From contig JABSPR010000004.1 of NCBI GenBank assembly GCA_013214975.1, positions 1-48,722 of the forward strand: DNA of 48,722 nt, read 5' to 3'. Every line of letters starts with the position of its first letter. Within the stretch, counting starts at the first letter, position 1. Position numbers and translations under genes: made by a program. Source of the stretch: Flavobacteriales bacterium. Its GTDB lineage: Bacteria > Bacteroidota > Bacteroidia > DT-38. The notes beneath the pieces were generated by a model that ran no database searches, was not told the DNA's origin, and saw only the letters and a program-made list of their open reading frames with translations. Below are positions 19,353 through 28,488 of this stretch, piece after piece.

Positions 19353-19360
19353 CAAATATA
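19353..19360 (-). promoter_or_regulatory. Candidate -7 box TATATTTG (minus strand)
   Basis: Exact TAnnTTTG, 38 nt upstream of the ATG at 19315. It sits in the 87-nt gap after polA. Confidence 0.4.
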
Positions 19361-19402
19361 AAAAATTATTACTATTATTCGTTTTTGAGAACAAAAGGTT
19401 AC

Positions 19403-22174
19403 CTAATGAGCCAATAACCAATTTTCTCCTTGCCCCGATTCTACCTTTAATGGAACTTTCATTCTTACAGCATTTTCCATAAAATCAGTAACCATTGGTT
19501 CTAAAATTCCTATTTCCTCCTTATGTAGATCAAAAATAAGTTCGTCATGCACTTGCAATAACATCTTAGACTTCATGTCCTTTTTCTCCATCTCATCATT
19601 TATATTGATCATAGCAATTTTAATAATATCTGCCGCTGATCCCTGAATAGGAGCATTAATTGCATTTCTTTCTGCAAACCCTCTAACAATTGCATTGTGA
19701 GAATTTATATCCTTAAGGTGCCGTTTCCTGCCTAAAATGGTTTCTACATAACCTTGTTCTCTTGCCTTGTCGATTATACCATCCATGTAAGTCTTTATTT
19801 GGGGATACTCAGCAAAGTAGCTTTCAATTATATCCTTTGCTTCTTGCCTTTTAATATTTAAACGTTGAGCCAAACCAAAAGCAGAAATTCCATAAATAAT
19901 TCCAAAGTTTACCATTTTTGCGTTTCTCCTCATATCGTCACTCACCTCATCTAAGCTCACGTGATAGACTTTAGACGCCGTAGCAGTGTGAATATCTATT
20001 CCATCATTAAACGCCTTAATCATGCCCTCATCCTCACTCAGATCGGCCATAATTCGAAGCTCTACTTGCGAGTAATCCGCAGAGAACAAAGTGAAATTTT
20101 CATTTCGAGGAATAAAAGCCTTCCGTACCTCTCTACCTCTCTCTGTTCTGATTGGGATATTCTGGAGGTTGGGATTAATAGAACTCAATCTTCCTGTAGC
20201 CGCAACAGCTTGCATGTAAGATGTATGAATTCTATTTGTATTAGGGTTAACCAATTCGGGTAAGGCATCCACATAAGTAGATTTTAATTTGGTTAACGAA
20301 CGATAATCTAAAATCTTAGGAATTATCTCATGCTTGGACTCTAATTTAAGTAGTACGTCTTCACTAGTTGAATACTGCCCTGTTTTTGTCTTTTTTGCTT
20401 TATCATCTATTTTTAATTCGTCGAACAAAATCTCACCCAGTTGTTTAGGCGAAGACAAATTAAACTCTCTACCAGCCAGCTCTATCACCTTCTTTTGAAT
20501 CTCAACAATATCTTTCCCTAACTCCTCTGAATAACTTAAAAGCCCCTGAGCATCAAGCATTATCCCTTCAGCCTCCATGTTTGCCAACACAGGAACCAAA
20601 GGAATTTCGATATCATAAAACAACCTTTCTAATCCACCTTCTTTAAGCTTTGGCTTAAAATAATTGCTCAATTGGAATGTAATATCTGCATCTTCTGTGG
20701 CGTATTCTTTCACCTCGTCCGGCTCTATATCCCGCATGCTTTTCTGATTCTTCCCTTTTTTGCCTATCAACTTCTCAATAGACACGGGAGAATAATGAAG
20801 GTATGTTTCAGAAAGTATATTCATATTATGCTTTTGATCTGGATGCAAAAGATAATGTGCTAGCATTGTATCGAACAATTGGCCTTGTACGGATATATTA
20901 TATCGCTTTAGAATAGAAATATCATACTTAATATTTTGACCTATTTTTTCGATTTTCTGATTGGCAAATACTTCTTTAAATTCAGCTAAGATGCTTAAGG
21001 CTTCTTCTCTATTTTCGGGCAGTGGAATATAATACCCGTGATGCGCTCTAAAAGAAAATGATATCCCTACAATCTCTGCTGTTTGAGGATCTATCCCTGT
21101 AGTTTCTGTATCAAAACAGAAACTATCTTGTTGTAATAGTTCTCCTATTACAACATCTCGTCCTTGTTCTTTAGCTATTAAGTGGTACTGGTGATCGGTA
21201 TTTTCAATATTCTTCAATTCAATTAAAGAAACTTCTTCTTCATTATTTTGAATACTAAATAGATCCATCTGACCTTCATCTTTCACGACCTTAATGGAAG
21301 TGCCCAAAATCCTTGTGGCGAGTGTTCTAAACTCCATTTCGGCAAACAATTCTGTCAAAGCCTGCGCGTTAGGCTCCTTTATTAGCATATCTGCCTCATT
21401 GAATTCAACGGGAGCATCTAATAGAATTGTTGCAAGTCTTTTAGATAGAAATGCTTGCTCTTTAAAATTCTCTACATTTTCTTTTTGCTTCCCTTTTAAT
21501 TCATGAGTATTCTCGTAAAGCCCTTCCATACTCCCATACTTCTTAATAAATTTCTTTGCCGTTTTCTCTCCAACACCAGGTATCCCAGGAATATTATCCA
21601 CTGCATCTCCCCACATTCCAAGAATATCTATAACTTGTAATGGATGCTTTATGCTAAACCGTTCACAGATTTCTGGGATTCCCCAAACCTGTGGATCTTC
21701 TCCACCTCTTCCTGGTCGAAACATGAAAATGTTTTCTGTAATAAGTTGGCCGAAATCTTTATCGGGCGTCATCATGTACGTAGTAAACCCTTTTTGCTCA
21801 GCGATTTTAGCCAATGTCCCGATAACATCATCTGCTTCATAACCTTCGCTCGAAAGGATAGGAATATTAAACCCTTCAATTACTCTTTTAATATATGGTA
21901 TTGAAATAGCAATATCCTCTGGCATCGACTCCCGGTTAGCTTTATACTCAGAATATTCAATCTCCCTAATATTCTGCCCAGGCAAATCAAAAATAACAGC
22001 AATATGCGTTGGTTTTTCTTTTCGAAGAACTTCATAAAGTGTATTGGTAAAGCCCAAAACAGCCGATGTGTTCATTCCTTTAGCATTGTATCTTGGGTTT
22101 TTACTAAACGCAAAATAGGCTCTATAAATAAGTGCGAACGCGTCTAAGAGAAATAATTTCTTTTCTTGAGCCAT
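19403..22174 (-). CDS. polA: DNA polymerase I (5'-3' exonuclease, 3'-5' exonuclease and polymerase domains)
   Basis: 923 aa. Contains ExoI CFDTETTG, motif A DYSQVELRI, motif B RRNAKMVNFGIIYG and motif C QVHDELIF. Confidence 0.97.
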   Translation of the reverse strand: MAQEKKLFLLDAFALIYRAYFAFSKNPRYNAKGMNTSAVLGFTNTLYEVLRKEKPTHIAVIFDLPGQNIREIEYSEYKANRESMPEDIAISIPYIKRVIEGFNIPILSSEGYEADDVIGTLAKIAEQKGFTTYMMTPDKDFGQLITENIFMFRPGRGGEDPQVWGIPEICERFSIKHPLQVIDILGMWGDAVDNIPGIPGVGEKTAKKFIKKYGSMEGLYENTHELKGKQKENVENFKEQAFLSKRLATILLDAPVEFNEADMLIKEPNAQALTELFAEMEFRTLATRILGTSIKVVKDEGQMDLFSIQNNEEEVSLIELKNIENTDHQYHLIAKEQGRDVVIGELLQQDSFCFDTETTGIDPQTAEIVGISFSFRAHHGYYIPLPENREEALSILAEFKEVFANQKIEKIGQNIKYDISILKRYNISVQGQLFDTMLAHYLLHPDQKHNMNILSETYLHYSPVSIEKLIGKKGKNQKSMRDIEPDEVKEYATEDADITFQLSNYFKPKLKEGGLERLFYDIEIPLVPVLANMEAEGIMLDAQGLLSYSEELGKDIVEIQKKVIELAGREFNLSSPKQLGEILFDELKIDDKAKKTKTGQYSTSEDVLLKLESKHEIIPKILDYRSLTKLKSTYVDALPELVNPNTNRIHTSYMQAVAATGRLSSINPNLQNIPIRTERGREVRKAFIPRNENFTLFSADYSQVELRIMADLSEDEGMIKAFNDGIDIHTATASKVYHVSLDEVSDDMRRNAKMVNFGIIYGISAFGLAQRLNIKRQEAKDIIESYFAEYPQIKTYMDGIIDKAREQGYVETILGRKRHLKDINSHNAIVRGFAERNAINAPIQGSAADIIKIAMININDEMEKKDMKSKMLLQVHDELIFDLHKEEIGILEPMVTDFMENAVRMKVPLKVESGQGENWLLAH

Positions 22175-22175
22175 A

Positions 22176-23165
22176 CTAAATTTCGTTATAGATTACATCC
22201 AAAACAGTTTGTCCGACTGCTTTTAATGTATTCTTGTCAATTATATCCATTCCGTCTTTATGCGTATGATGAAAATCACCAAAGTTGCCATTAATCAAGT
22301 CTATGTTAATTATGTCTACACATGGAATTCCCGTATATCTGTTCACAAAGACATAATCGTCTGTTAATCCGCCAACCTGATCGTAAACGAAATAATCTGA
22401 ATATCCTATTTGGTTCGCCTTATCCCATATTTTTTTTACTACCCATCCTGCCTTGGACATCGAAAAACCATCTCTTGGAAACGTGGCTCCTTTTGCGCCA
22501 ACCATATCTAAGCCTATTCCATACATAGCATAAAAGTTATCCATAGGCACATTTTTTCCCCAATATTGAGAACCTAAACACCAAAACTCTTTTCCTAACG
22601 GCGTATTAAACCCAGCTGGTGGACCATAATCTTCTGTATCAAAAAAGACAATATCAATCCCAACCTCAGGACCAGATATTTGAATTTGGCGAGCAATTTC
22701 CAACAGCACTCCGACTCCACTAGCTCCGTCGTTAGCTCCATCAATCGGTAGATCTTTATCAATTTCATCTTTGTCAGCAATATGCCTAGAATCCCAGTGA
22801 GCAAAAAGCAAAACTCTTTTCTTTGATAAAGGTTTATATCTGCCAGTGATATTTATCATCCTTAACTTTTCTCCATTGTATGCCATTACCTCTCCTTTTT
22901 GCTCAATCACTGTCAAGCCAAAATCATTAAGCTTTTTAGATAAATATTTTGCGCATTGGAGTTGTGCCTCTGAATTAGGTACTCTTGGGCCGAACTGAAC
23001 CTGTGTTTTCACATAAGCGAAAGATGAATCGGCGCTAAAATTAGGAACTAATACTTCGGATTTATCAAACTTGGTTTTTCCATTTTCTAGTTCCGAAGTT
23101 TCACAACTGGATATTAAAAACACTCCTAGTAGAATAATAGATAGATATGACCAACTATTCCTCAT
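22176..23165 (-). CDS. M28-family metallopeptidase-fold lipoprotein, glutaminyl-cyclase-like
   Basis: 329 aa with lipobox FLISSCETSE and metal-site motifs HWDSRH, DGANDGASGV, FFDTEDYG and DFHHTHKD. Size and lipoprotein nature resemble the mammalian-type glutaminyl cyclases of Bacteroidota. Confidence 0.7.
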   Translation of the reverse strand: MRNSWSYLSIILLGVFLISSCETSELENGKTKFDKSEVLVPNFSADSSFAYVKTQVQFGPRVPNSEAQLQCAKYLSKKLNDFGLTVIEQKGEVMAYNGEKLRMINITGRYKPLSKKRVLLFAHWDSRHIADKDEIDKDLPIDGANDGASGVGVLLEIARQIQISGPEVGIDIVFFDTEDYGPPAGFNTPLGKEFWCLGSQYWGKNVPMDNFYAMYGIGLDMVGAKGATFPRDGFSMSKAGWVVKKIWDKANQIGYSDYFVYDQVGGLTDDYVFVNRYTGIPCVDIINIDLINGNFGDFHHTHKDGMDIIDKNTLKAVGQTVLDVIYNEI

Positions 23166-24621
23166 AGTTCCAGGCTACCTTATCTTTTCCATCTTTTAAT
23201 GAAATTTTAATCTCAGCTAATTTATCTCGAATAAAATCTGCCGAAGAGTAATCTTTATTTTCCTTAGCCTGCTGGCGAAGAGCAATAATTATCTCCATCA
23301 AATCATCTACTGAATCATTCGACGAAGAAGATATTTCTTTAAGGCCTAAAACAGAAAACACATAACCACTATATAAAGAATCGATCAACTCCAGGTCATC
23401 TTTGGTGATAGTCTCTTTGCCATCCTTAACCGAATTTATAAGTCTTACGCCATCAAACAAAGTTGCAATTAATCCAGGCGTATTAAAATCGTCGTTCATG
23501 GCCTCATCACATCTCTTTTTAATGTCTCCAAAGTTTTGTGAAGATGTAGGGCTAGTCGGTAATTCTTTCAGCAAGGAAATTGTTTTCATCAATTTAGTAA
23601 ATCCCTTTTCTGCAGCTTGTAACGCTTCATTTGAGAAATCTAGAGTACTTGCATAGTGCGTTTGCATCATGAAAAAACGAACCACCATTGGATCATAACC
23701 ATGGTCCATCAGTTTATTATCTCCTGAGAACAACTCTTCTGGTAAAAGCGAGTTGCCAACAGATTTTCCCATTCGTTGTCCATTAATAGTGAGCATATTG
23801 GTATGCATCCAATATTTCGCAAGGTCTTCACCCACACCTGCTACTGTTTGCGCTATTTCACATTCATGATGGGGAAATTTCAGATCCATCCCTCCTCCGT
23901 GTATATCGAAAGGAGCTCCTAAATATTTAGATCCCATCACAGAACATTCCAAATGCCATCCAGGAAATCCTTCACCCCAAGGAGAATCCCACTTCATAAT
24001 GTGTGAATCCGAAGCTTTTTTCCATAAAGCAAAATCACAAGTGTTTCGTTTTTCCGACTGTCCCTCAAGAACCCTTTGGCCAGACATTAAATCTTCGATT
24101 TTTCTTCCAGAAAGAATTCCGTAATTATTTGTTTCGTTGTATTTGATAACATCAAAATAAACAGAGCCATTAACCTCATATGCAAGACCATTGTCTATGA
24201 TTTTGTTAACCATGGCAATCTGCTCAATTATATGGCCCGTAGCCAATGGTTCAATACTAGGCTCAATTGTATTGAACTGCTTCATTACATCATGAAAGCC
24301 ATTTGCATAACGTGCAGCTATTTCCATTGGCTCAACGTTCTCTAGTCTAGCTTTCTTAGCAATCTTATCTTCACCTTCATCTGCATCATTTTCTAAATGA
24401 CCAGCATCTGTAATGTTTCGAACATAACGAACCTTATATCCTAGATAGGTTAAGTAACGATAAACAATATCGAACGAAATAAAAGTTCTGCAATTTCCTA
24501 TATGAACATCGCTGTATACAGTGGGACCGCATACATACATACCAACAAAGGGAGCGTCTAAAGGTTCAAACAGCTCTTTTTGTTTAGTAATTGTATTATA
24601 AATTGATAGCTGGTTTTTCAT
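23155..24621 (-). CDS. cysS: Cysteine--tRNA ligase
   Basis: 488 aa with HIGH-type motif HIGNCRTF, KMSKS-type RMGKSVGN and Zn-site C..C/HHE motifs. Confidence 0.95.
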   Translation of the reverse strand: MKNQLSIYNTITKQKELFEPLDAPFVGMYVCGPTVYSDVHIGNCRTFISFDIVYRYLTYLGYKVRYVRNITDAGHLENDADEGEDKIAKKARLENVEPMEIAARYANGFHDVMKQFNTIEPSIEPLATGHIIEQIAMVNKIIDNGLAYEVNGSVYFDVIKYNETNNYGILSGRKIEDLMSGQRVLEGQSEKRNTCDFALWKKASDSHIMKWDSPWGEGFPGWHLECSVMGSKYLGAPFDIHGGGMDLKFPHHECEIAQTVAGVGEDLAKYWMHTNMLTINGQRMGKSVGNSLLPEELFSGDNKLMDHGYDPMVVRFFMMQTHYASTLDFSNEALQAAEKGFTKLMKTISLLKELPTSPTSSQNFGDIKKRCDEAMNDDFNTPGLIATLFDGVRLINSVKDGKETITKDDLELIDSLYSGYVFSVLGLKEISSSSNDSVDDLMEIIIALRQQAKENKDYSSADFIRDKLAEIKISLKDGKDKVAWNYEE

Positions 24622-24686
24622 TAAACCAAAGAAAACAAGATTTTAATTAAATAGGAAAATAAATGCTGATTATGTAAGAACAAAGA

Positions 24687-25601
24687 TTATTGTCCTTCTT
24701 CGATAACTCCTTCTCCCTGATATTTACCCTTCTTATAGATTGAGATTCCTCCTAAGATTCCATCTCCGTCATAATGATAAACTTTCCCTCTCCATAGTCG
24801 ACCACCTTTAAAATCTCCAATTTTAGAGATCTGACCATCCCTTCTGTATAATGTATTATGTCCTTCTCCGGTAAAACGTCCAATATTTTTCTGCTCACCA
24901 TTCTGAACGACAGCAGCCATTTTAACTTCTTCTGGTTCAGGAATAACTTCGGCAACAGGAATTGCAATCTCTTTTACATCATAAATCTTTGTTTTACCAG
25001 CATCAAGTACTCCGCCTTCACCATAAAACTTTTCTGACTTAACCTCTCCTGTAGATGTATACTCCGTTACAACTCCCGCTTCTTGACCACCATCCCAGCT
25101 TCCTTCTATACGAAGTTGCCCGTTGTCAAAATAATACTTTTGTGTTCCTTCTCGCTTCCCTTTGGCATTAAACGCAAACTCTTGTGCAACCGACCCATTT
25201 GGATGCTTACGTACAAAATTACCTACATTCTTATTGTTTTTCCAGGTCCCTGATTCTTGCAATGTTCCATTGTCGTAGTACTCTTTATAATCTCCGTCAG
25301 GCTTATTGTTTCTATAATTTACCTCTGATTTAAGCTGCTGATTAGTGAAGTATCTTTTCCACAAACCATTTTTTCTATTATTTGCGTAATCACCTTCTTC
25401 TACTTTCTGATCATCATCATAAGCAGCCATCCGCTTCATTCGACCCGTAAAAATCCAATGACCTTGACGCATATTCGAAACATCCTTATAATTTATGGTG
25501 TCGCCTGTTTCAGCATCCATGTCAAATGACTGATCAGAACCAAAGGCAGCAGCTGTGGAAACAACTGATATAGACAGAATTATTAATATTTTATTTAACA
25601 T
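24687..25601 (-). CDS. Secreted MORN-variant repeat protein (YwqK-like repeats)
   Basis: 304 aa with a signal peptide and repeated G.W..YY.NG.L..EG.W..G...G units in both halves. The halves are split by the Pro/Glu linker VIPEPEEV. Confidence 0.7.
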   Translation of the reverse strand: MLNKILIILSISVVSTAAAFGSDQSFDMDAETGDTINYKDVSNMRQGHWIFTGRMKRMAAYDDDQKVEEGDYANNRKNGLWKRYFTNQQLKSEVNYRNNKPDGDYKEYYDNGTLQESGTWKNNKNVGNFVRKHPNGSVAQEFAFNAKGKREGTQKYYFDNGQLRIEGSWDGGQEAGVVTEYTSTGEVKSEKFYGEGGVLDAGKTKIYDVKEIAIPVAEVIPEPEEVKMAAVVQNGEQKNIGRFTGEGHNTLYRRDGQISKIGDFKGGRLWRGKVYHYDGDGILGGISIYKKGKYQGEGVIEEGQ

Positions 25602-25727
25602 GTAAAAAATAGCTTTCTCTCTTTTGCAGTAACTAAAACTACGTCAAAAATTATCTAATGTTCAACAAATAGGCCGTTTTTTTTCCCTGAAATATTACTT
25701 ATTTGAGCTAAAACACTGAAAGACAGA

Positions 25728-26660
25728 TTATGCCGATATATTATCGATCATTTCTTTGCAAATATCTCCTAGCTCAAATTTGTGCTCCCAGCCCCAATCT
25801 CTACGTGCTACGCTATCATCTATAACCTGTGGCCAGCTTTCCGCAATTTGCTGTCTAAAATCTGGTTGATATAATGTGTCAAACTCAGGATAAGTCTTTT
25901 GAATTTCTCTTGTCAGTTCACCTGGAGAAAAGCTTATAGCGCTTAAGTTATAGGCCGATCTAACTTTAACATCATCCGGGTGCGCGTCCATTAGTTCAAT
26001 GGTAGCTCTTACTGCATCCTCCATATACATCATTGGCAAAGTCGCGTCTTCTTTCAAAAAACAAGGATAGATATCTCCTTTTGCAGCCGAATAAAATATA
26101 TTAATTGCATAGTCAGTAGTTCCACCACCTGGAGGTGATTTATAGCTAATAAGTCCTGGATATCTCAAACTTCTCACATCTACTCTATATCTCTTATGAA
26201 AATATTCGCACCATCTTTCACCTGCCAACTTTGATATTCCGTAAACCGTATTAGGATCTGTAACTGTATCCTGAGGCGTGTTTACAAACGGAGTAGTTGG
26301 TCCGAATACTGCAATCGAACTTGGCCAATAAAGTTTTTTAATCCAATCTTCTTTCGCTAGATGAAGCATATTCATTAAAGAATCCATATTAAGATTCCAT
26401 CCTAAATCAGGATTTTCTTCGGCCTTCGCAGAAAGCATCGCAGCCAAAAGATAGACTTCCGTGATATTATACTTTTTAACCAAAGTATATACCTGATCCT
26501 TATTCATCACATCTAATTGCTCGAAAATACCTTCATACTTAGCATTTCTCACATCCGAAGCAATTACATTGTCTTCACCATGTATCTCCCTAAGTTTTTG
26601 CACTAGCTCAGTACCAATTTGCCCCAAAGCACCTATAACTAATATTCGTTTTTTACTCAT
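25728..26660 (-). CDS. tdh: NAD-dependent epimerase/dehydratase-fold L-threonine 3-dehydrogenase-like enzyme
   Basis: 310 aa. The Rossmann motif ILVIGALGQIGTEL, the YGISK catalytic motif and the length fit SDR-type threonine dehydrogenases. The symbol is tentative. Confidence 0.65.
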   Translation of the reverse strand: MSKKRILVIGALGQIGTELVQKLREIHGEDNVIASDVRNAKYEGIFEQLDVMNKDQVYTLVKKYNITEVYLLAAMLSAKAEENPDLGWNLNMDSLMNMLHLAKEDWIKKLYWPSSIAVFGPTTPFVNTPQDTVTDPNTVYGISKLAGERWCEYFHKRYRVDVRSLRYPGLISYKSPPGGGTTDYAINIFYSAAKGDIYPCFLKEDATLPMMYMEDAVRATIELMDAHPDDVKVRSAYNLSAISFSPGELTREIQKTYPEFDTLYQPDFRQQIAESWPQVIDDSVARRDWGWEHKFELGDICKEMIDNISA

Positions 26661-26682
26661 TAAATCTGATTTTAAAAGAACG

Positions 26683-26690
26683 CAAAATTA
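26683..26690 (-). promoter_or_regulatory. Candidate -7 box TAATTTTG (minus strand)
   Basis: Exact TAnnTTTG, 23 nt upstream of the ATG at 26660. Confidence 0.4.
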
Positions 26691-26792
26691 TAAAAAAAAC
26701 ATACCTGAGCACTATTACACTGACTTAGCTAGAAGTTTTTTACTTAAATAAAAAAATTACATTTACAGAAGAGTAACCAATTATTGAAGAAA

Positions 26793-27248
26793 ATGAAGAA
26801 AGTAATTATCCTTATCATTGGAGGTATAATGATATTAACCACTCAATCAATGGGTCAAAGCTATGAAAAGGCTATTGGAGCAAGGTTAGGATACCCAGGA
26901 ATGGCGTTAACCTATAAACATGGAATTCAAGATGCTTTTTTAGAATTCATTGTAGGTGCACGCTATGAAGGAGGCGTAAACATTGAAGCAATATATGAAC
27001 TTCATTGGAAATTAGATCAAAAACTCTTCCCGACAGATGAACTGCACTGGTATCTTGGGGCTGGCGGGTCGATTTGGACAGGTGATGGAGATGCAGCTGT
27101 AGGTATTGTCGGAATTATTGGATTAGAATATGTTTTCACAAAAGCACCAATTGCGTTAACTATAGATTACAAACCTGTGATGTATTTAAACAATGGTGCG
27201 AATTTTGCTGGAGACCACAGTGCGCTTAGTGTTCGTTATACATTTTAA
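26793..27248 (+). CDS. Small outer-membrane beta-barrel-like protein
   Basis: The track ORF begins at TTG 26784, and I prefer the ATG at 26793. Signal peptide ...QSMG|Q, alternating Gly/aromatic beta-strand pattern, and C-terminal ...RYTF aromatic terminus. Confidence 0.5.
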   Translation: MKKVIILIIGGIMILTTQSMGQSYEKAIGARLGYPGMALTYKHGIQDAFLEFIVGARYEGGVNIEAIYELHWKLDQKLFPTDELHWYLGAGGSIWTGDGDAAVGIVGIIGLEYVFTKAPIALTIDYKPVMYLNNGANFAGDHSALSVRYTF

Positions 27249-27258
27249 AAATTAAATT

Positions 27259-27744
27259 ATGTTAAAATCAAAATTATTTTTTTCTTTTATTCTTGTAGTG
27301 TTGTTTACGTCAAATTTTGCTCGCTCGCTGCATGCACAAGATAACGTTAGCATGAACGATCTTATGTTCGATGATCAATATTATGATGTTCTTGATAAAG
27401 CAATGGCTAATAAAGCAGATGTTAAGTACATGGATATTGCAATGCAAAAACTTAAATCGTTTCCCGTTTCGATATGTACACTTCCAAATGTGGAAAGGTT
27501 AAGCTTAGGGTTCAACTATATATCGTCTTTACCTGCTGCAATTGGCAAGATGGAAAAATTGCAATACATAGACATTAGCGGTATGCATAATGGCATTTTC
27601 ATCCCTAAAGAATTAGCTCAACTTAAAAACTTGAGAGAATTCAAAATGGAAGACATGTTGAATAAAGAAGAAGAGAAAAAAATTGTTGACCGAGTTACAG
27701 AATTACTTCCTGATTGCAAAATAGTAACTGGACACACAAAATAA
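27259..27744 (+). CDS. Small secreted leucine-rich-repeat protein
   Basis: 161 aa with signal peptide ...SLHA|Q. LRR units: LKSFPVSICTLPNVERLSLGFNYISSLPAAIGKMEKLQYIDISG. Confidence 0.65.
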   Translation: MLKSKLFFSFILVVLFTSNFARSLHAQDNVSMNDLMFDDQYYDVLDKAMANKADVKYMDIAMQKLKSFPVSICTLPNVERLSLGFNYISSLPAAIGKMEKLQYIDISGMHNGIFIPKELAQLKNLREFKMEDMLNKEEEKKIVDRVTELLPDCKIVTGHTK

Positions 27745-27750
27745 TTCAAT

Positions 27751-28485
27751 ATGCCGACTCATAACGAACTAGATTTCCATGAGTCAGGCTCTAGGTTCGG
27801 GAAGTTTCAAAAATATTTAGGCGAATTTGTGTATGGTGGCATAGACGGTAGCGTAACAACATTTGCCGTTGTTGCCGGCTCTGCAGGCGCAGAATTCAGC
27901 ACCACAATAATAATGGTTTTAGGCTTTGCCAATCTTCTGGCCGACGGATTTGCCATGTCGGTAGGCAACTATTTATCTAGCAAGGCAGAACACGACAATT
28001 TCGACAAACACGAAAAATTAGAATATTGGGAAATCGAAAATCTACGAGATGTTGAAGTAGAAGAGATAAGAACAATTTATTCTGAAAAAGGGTTTCAAGG
28101 TGAGCTTCTAGAACAAGTGGTTGAAGTAATTACTGCTGATAAAAAAGTGTGGGTAGACACAATGATGAGAGAAGAATTAGAGATGATTAAAGATAGCAGA
28201 AGCCCTTTTAAAACTGCTTTTGTAACCTACCTGGCTTTTATTGTAATTGGTCTTATTCCTTTAATGGCTTATGTACTAGACTATCTTGATATCATCAAAG
28301 ACCTAGACCTATTTTTAACCTCCAGCATTCTAACCTCACTTGCTTTTGCAATTGTGGGATACATGAAATCTTATGTGAGTGATACCAACAAATTCAAAGG
28401 AGTCGTGGAGACGGTGCTTTTAGGCGGGGCCGCAGCAGCGATGTCTTATTTTGTTGGTGATTTACTGAAGGGCTTATTGGTGTAG
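27751..28485 (+). CDS. VIT1/CCC1-family iron/manganese transporter
   Basis: 244 aa with the GGIDGSVTTFAVVAG motif, a central acidic metal-binding helical segment and C-terminal TM helices. Confidence 0.8.
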   Translation: MPTHNELDFHESGSRFGKFQKYLGEFVYGGIDGSVTTFAVVAGSAGAEFSTTIIMVLGFANLLADGFAMSVGNYLSSKAEHDNFDKHEKLEYWEIENLRDVEVEEIRTIYSEKGFQGELLEQVVEVITADKKVWVDTMMREELEMIKDSRSPFKTAFVTYLAFIVIGLIPLMAYVLDYLDIIKDLDLFLTSSILTSLAFAIVGYMKSYVSDTNKFKGVVETVLLGGAAAAMSYFVGDLLKGLLV

Positions 28486-28488
28486 TAC

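Noticed and set aside
19233-19421. 62-aa ORF bridging polA and the lipoprotein gene, and an 87-aa ORF at 29531..29794 bridging two genes
   Set aside because: Both overlap the ends of confident CDSs in other frames, have nonsense-like composition, and cover promoter or junction sequence.
24687-25601. MORN/YwqK-like repeats, often auto-annotated as a toxin-antitoxin antitoxin
   Set aside because: The protein has a signal peptide, is 304 aa, and has no adjacent toxin-like gene. The neighbours are cysS and a dehydrogenase. This is not a TA module.
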